From Lepidodermella squamata (Eukaryota; Animalia; Gastrotricha): a DNA stretch of 64,000 nt. The notes beneath the pieces are model-generated. The model was not told the DNA's origin. It did no database searches and worked only from the letters and a program-made list of their open reading frames with translations. The stretch is taken from the NCBI GenBank assembly GCA_047495785.1, contig JBLDXI010000048.1, forward strand, positions 1,178,001 through 1,242,000, in the 5' to 3' direction. Every line of letters begins with the position of its first letter. Position 1 is the first letter of the stretch. Made by a program: the position numbers and the translations under genes. Of this stretch, positions 60,301 to 64,000 are shown piece after piece.

Positions 60301-63300
60301 AAATATGTTTAATTTCTGAAGTTTGAAAAAATTAGAAAAAATGATTTTTCGATAATATTTGGAAATTCTAATTTTGAAATGAATTTTTCATTATTTTTCG
60401 AATTTTTAATTAGTGTGGGAAAATCAAGGGTTTTTCCTATATCCTACTTGAAATGAACATATTTCCTTGGCTACTATTAGAAAAACCGGAGATTTCCTTT
60501 CAAAAGCGTCGCTCCTTATGAAAAGCGCCTTAATTAACGCGCATATATGCGGTCTAAAAAATCGCTTATTCAACGCGCACACGTATTATATTGATAGCCA
60601 ATTTACATATGCTTGGCATAATTGCTGCACCATATAGGCGCGCAACGGCTAATTTTTATTTGCTCAAGTTTTTATTACATTGACCCCCTTCGCGCGAGAA
60701 TAGCCGCTTTGAAAAAAACGATCCGGGTGCTTTGCATTTTTTATGCGTATAATAATCAAAAGCGGAATATTTATTTTATACCGTTTTTTCCACACGTGAT
60801 AAATAATAGGGGGATTAATTACTTATGGTTTTTTTGTCTGGCTTTCATGTCGAAAAAATCAGATTAAAATTGGTATAATGCAATAATAAAATTGCGCGCA
60901 CTGATTCGCGATAATTTTTTTTGGCTCGCGCACGCTAATGAGTCTGATTTTTGAGGCCTCGCGAGGCTTGTGCACGCTCGGAATCTACCTACCTCTGCGC
61001 GCGGATCAATAAAACACGCGTACGATAGATTTTTGACATATATTCGAACTGCATATTTGCTCGGCGTTAGGCTTTATACCTGGTTGTAGTAAATGCAGCT
61101 GCTATACTACAACATTATATTCAAAGGCAATAAGGCGCGTATAAACAAAGTCGCGCTTCTTGTTGCGAGCTGCGCGCGTAATTGATCGCGCCGCTCAAAT
61201 AAAGGTGCCACGCCGTCCACCTGTCTTCTAAACGTCACCAGAACCAATATTGCGGCTTGTTGTCGCTTTATAGGCCTAAATTCTTATATACTTATTGCGC
61301 CGGCGCTCTTCAAACGCTATTATTGTCGCCACTCCTACTACGACTACCACTACTACAACAAGCGCATTTTCCGTCCGGCTATAAACAAGTGAATGAAGCT
61401 TAACTTCCTGTATTATAATGGCTTTAAAATTCTATTAAAAACCAACCTTTTTACTTTTTATCATCATCATCGCAAAAATAATAATCATAAATAAAAACGA
61501 GGGCCGTGGCTTTGTAAATAAAAAATTAGGACCATTTCCTTTATTCGATTTATATAGGCAATATGATTTTTACGGGATGATGGGTTGCCTGGTTTGTTGA
61601 ATTGACTGTTTGCTTTCAGAACGACTACCTCGTCGCCGAAAGACCTCGCCGCATCGAATAATATGGCAACAGCGTCGTCAGACATGGTTGCCGAACGATC
61701 AACTTTACTGCCAGGTACAATTTCAGCCGATTCTTTTTTTTTTGTCTAGAAAATACCTTTTAACGTGTTGAATTTCTTAAAGACATGTGCTTTTTTTCGC
61801 TGCTCAATTTTAAACGAAAGCGTACCAAGTTCTTTCGATTTTTTTATATAATATAAAAGTGTTCTCAGTAGGTAGGGGGGATGTGGGGAAATAAGTTTAG
61901 TCTAGTCAGGTCGAACCCAAATAGCTCGATTTATACGTTGAAATTTGATCAATTTTTGCTTTGCGAATTCTCCTTTTTTTGTTGCGAGACATGGAACTGC
62001 CATCGCTTGGTACCATGAGCATTATGAAAAATGCTAATGGTCTCAAAAATTTGGCGCAACTCAATATTACCGTTTCAGGTAAAAAAATTAAAGCAAACCT
62101 AAATTTCAACTTTTTCGACTTGATAGGTTTAAAAATATTAGAGAATTAGAGAATCGGAAGATGATATTATGAGAGCCAGAAATAGCTCGAAGCAATAATT
62201 GATAATTTTCTGATATCAGACCGATTATATATTTTCCCATATTTTCAGAGTATTTCTTTTAGTAAATATTGCTCGTCCGAAGCCTAATCGATGCCAAAGT
62301 TAAGCGAAATTTTTTTAGCGAAAATCCTCCGATTTTCCCAATTCTAAAGAATAACGGAAATTGTTAGGAATATGATAAGATGATGGATTTCCCCTTGTTT
62401 AATGTTTTCTCATTTTTTTAATAATTGAATACTTATCTTATAGCGGAAGTAGATTTCAAAATTTGGCACCAAACTCAAACTTTCAAAAAATCAGTTTTCG
62501 AATAATTTTCTCAAATCATGATTAAGCCCTATCCCTTGAGCGGTGAAGTGGCTTAATGACTAAAATCACGCAGAATTTTCCAATACATTTATTTTGATTT
62601 TTTTGAATTTTTGAAACATTCCTGAATTTCCGGAAAATTTGGAATGCAATTTTTTGAGACTATCAAATATCAAAAATGTGCGAACATTTTTCTTATCCAA
62701 CACTTGACACTTACCTGCCTACTTACTTTTTCATGTTTTCAAAAAATTACGGTAAAAAACAGAAATTGGGATCGCCATAAATCCTTCACCATAAAATGAT
62801 ACCGGTTCAATGACCAAAATAGGACGGAAAAATCGAACTCGGGAAATTCAATTTTATATTTTTATGTCGGATGATTTTGTTGGTTGCCGGATGAAAAAAT
62901 TCACACCCCATAATTTCCTATTACAAGCTAAATTGCCTTTTCATAAAAAGGGTCATTTTTTAAATTTGATTCAAATTATTTTGACCTGTTGAAGTTCCAA
63001 AAATTCCACTGCGACAGATTTTTACGCGTAAATATCGCATATATAGAAAATAATATTTGATTAAGGAACAGCTAATCAAACAATTACGTCTCTTCTCACT
63101 TGAATAAGGCATTGTTAGTAGGTCTATAGTATTAGGCCCTCAAGAAGAGCACGTCTTTATCTATTATATTGGTCTCAATACTTTTTCTAATCCTAATCTA
63201 TTTTATTTTATTTTTTTCCTGAAATTTATGGTAATTTTTTTTCGATTCCTGAATTTTTAGATACAGCCGCATCTGGGCCGTCGTCGATTCTCGAAATGTT

Positions 63301-63556
63301 AACGCGAACGAAAATACTCGGCATCGACATATGGCTATTCCTCGTTATCATCAGCGCCGTCATCCTACTCGCCATCATCATCGTCTGCATCGTTGTACGG
63401 TGCCGGTCCAAGGACAAGGGCTCGTACCGCGTCGATGAATCACGCAATTACACGTTCGACCGCATGGGCGGGCGCGGGCGGTTAGCCGGCGATTTCGGCG
63501 ATCAGGAAGCCATCGAACGGCCTATGCGGCCTGATCAAAAGGAGTGGTACGTGTGA
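45383..63556 (+). CDS. Nrx-1: Alpha-neurexin (~1733 aa; LNS1-EGF-LNS2-LNS3-EGF-LNS4-LNS5-EGF-LNS6-stalk-TM-PDZ motif)
   Basis: Exons 45383-45731, 46143-46676, 46857-47239, 48084-48915, 49244-49638, 49744-49885, 50591-50949, 51641-51886, 53067-54015, 55112-55210, 55271-55367, 59243-59369, 59970-60268, 61620-61714, 63261-63556: 5202 nt, all GT-AG and phase-consistent. Neurexin motifs CQEGWNRFICDCSATSMTG, LNDDKWHVVRFKRWGPNASLQVD, GSYRVDESRNY and terminal KEWYV. The exact start Met is uncertain. Confidence 0.95.
47403..47432 (+). other. Candidate 30-nt neurexin microexon (LENGLKAIAE) at the SS2-equivalent position
   Basis: cattatag|ctggaaaatggcctcaaggccattgctgag|gtatgt; phase 0-0 matches the flanking exons, no stop. 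Confidence 0.7.
50024..50266 (+). other. Candidate 243-nt alternative neurexin exon in LNS4 (intron 6)
   Basis: GC-richer open frame in an AT-rich intron; phase 1-1 compatible, donor G|GTATTT. The acceptor (gtaaag) is weak. Confidence 0.35.
52048..52074 (+). other. Candidate 27-nt neurexin microexon (TSESYQDSE) in LNS5
   Basis: gtgtttacag|acttcagagtcgtatcaagacagtgag|gtatct; phase 0-0, no stop. Confidence 0.5.
52563..52675 (+). repeat. Degenerate GGGTTAGG-like G-rich tract in neurexin intron 8
   Basis: ttagggttagg, gggttagggtt and gggttaggctttgggttaggttggggttgagggctggg. Confidence 0.55.
54419..54436 (+). other. Candidate 18-nt neurexin microexon (VFVTSA) at the SS4-equivalent position
   Basis: tgccatcacag|ttttcgtcacatctgctg|gtaagc; phase 1-1 matches the flanking exons, strong donor. 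Confidence 0.7.
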
Positions 63557-64000
63557 AGAAAAAGCAGAAAAATCCATCCAGCTTTAACCACTCCAAAACC
63601 GGCGGTAGTTGATAATTCATCATAATCATCATCACTTAAATTCTCTCTGTTGTCTTTTCTGTGACGAATTTTTTCTGAACAAGTTTGATGAAAAAAAAAA
63701 TCTTCCATATTGATGACTCCGACTGTTTATTACGAACCCATGTTAAGAGGAAAGGAAAATATTATTTTTGAAAATTTCAGGATGAAAGATGAGAGATGAC
63801 GTGCCTCTCTTTGTGTTGTTTTTTGATGTCGATGTCGAGAAAAATCGCGCTGCCTCTTTTTTTTTATGAAAATCTTCTAGTCTGTTATAATTGGAGATGA
63901 CAAAAAATAACTTATATACTGGAGCGTCTGTAGGCACCCTGATGTATAATTGAGAAGAAATGTCTCGCGTTTTTTTGTAAATTTTACGAGGAAATTATTG

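Overview
Eukaryotic (animal) genomic DNA with spliceosomal GT-AG introns; the neurexin tail KEWYV suggests a protostome invertebrate. It has three zones. (1) 872-19407 is a ~103.5-copy, CpG-rich 179-bp tandem satellite with no net indel, shuffled biallelic variants and local higher-order repeats, flanked by short motif-repeat (MITE-like) DNA. (2) ~20.6-35.3 kb is a compact cluster of nine genes with mostly ~50-60-nt introns, all predicted secreted or cell-surface: two paralogous acidic SSEE/KR-repeat precursors, two signal-peptide ankyrin proteins (one with a truncated LINE in its intron), a Lys-rich mucin-like protein, a type II membrane protein, two Pro/Tyr/Val-rich proteins and a ~1100-aa mucin with eight PxIxIT-like motifs. 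(3) 45.4-63.6 kb is a complete 15-exon alpha-neurexin gene with candidate in-frame microexons at positions equivalent to vertebrate SS2 and SS4, another inside LNS5, and a possible gamma-type internal start. All gene models were spliced by hand from the sequence; no database search was run.
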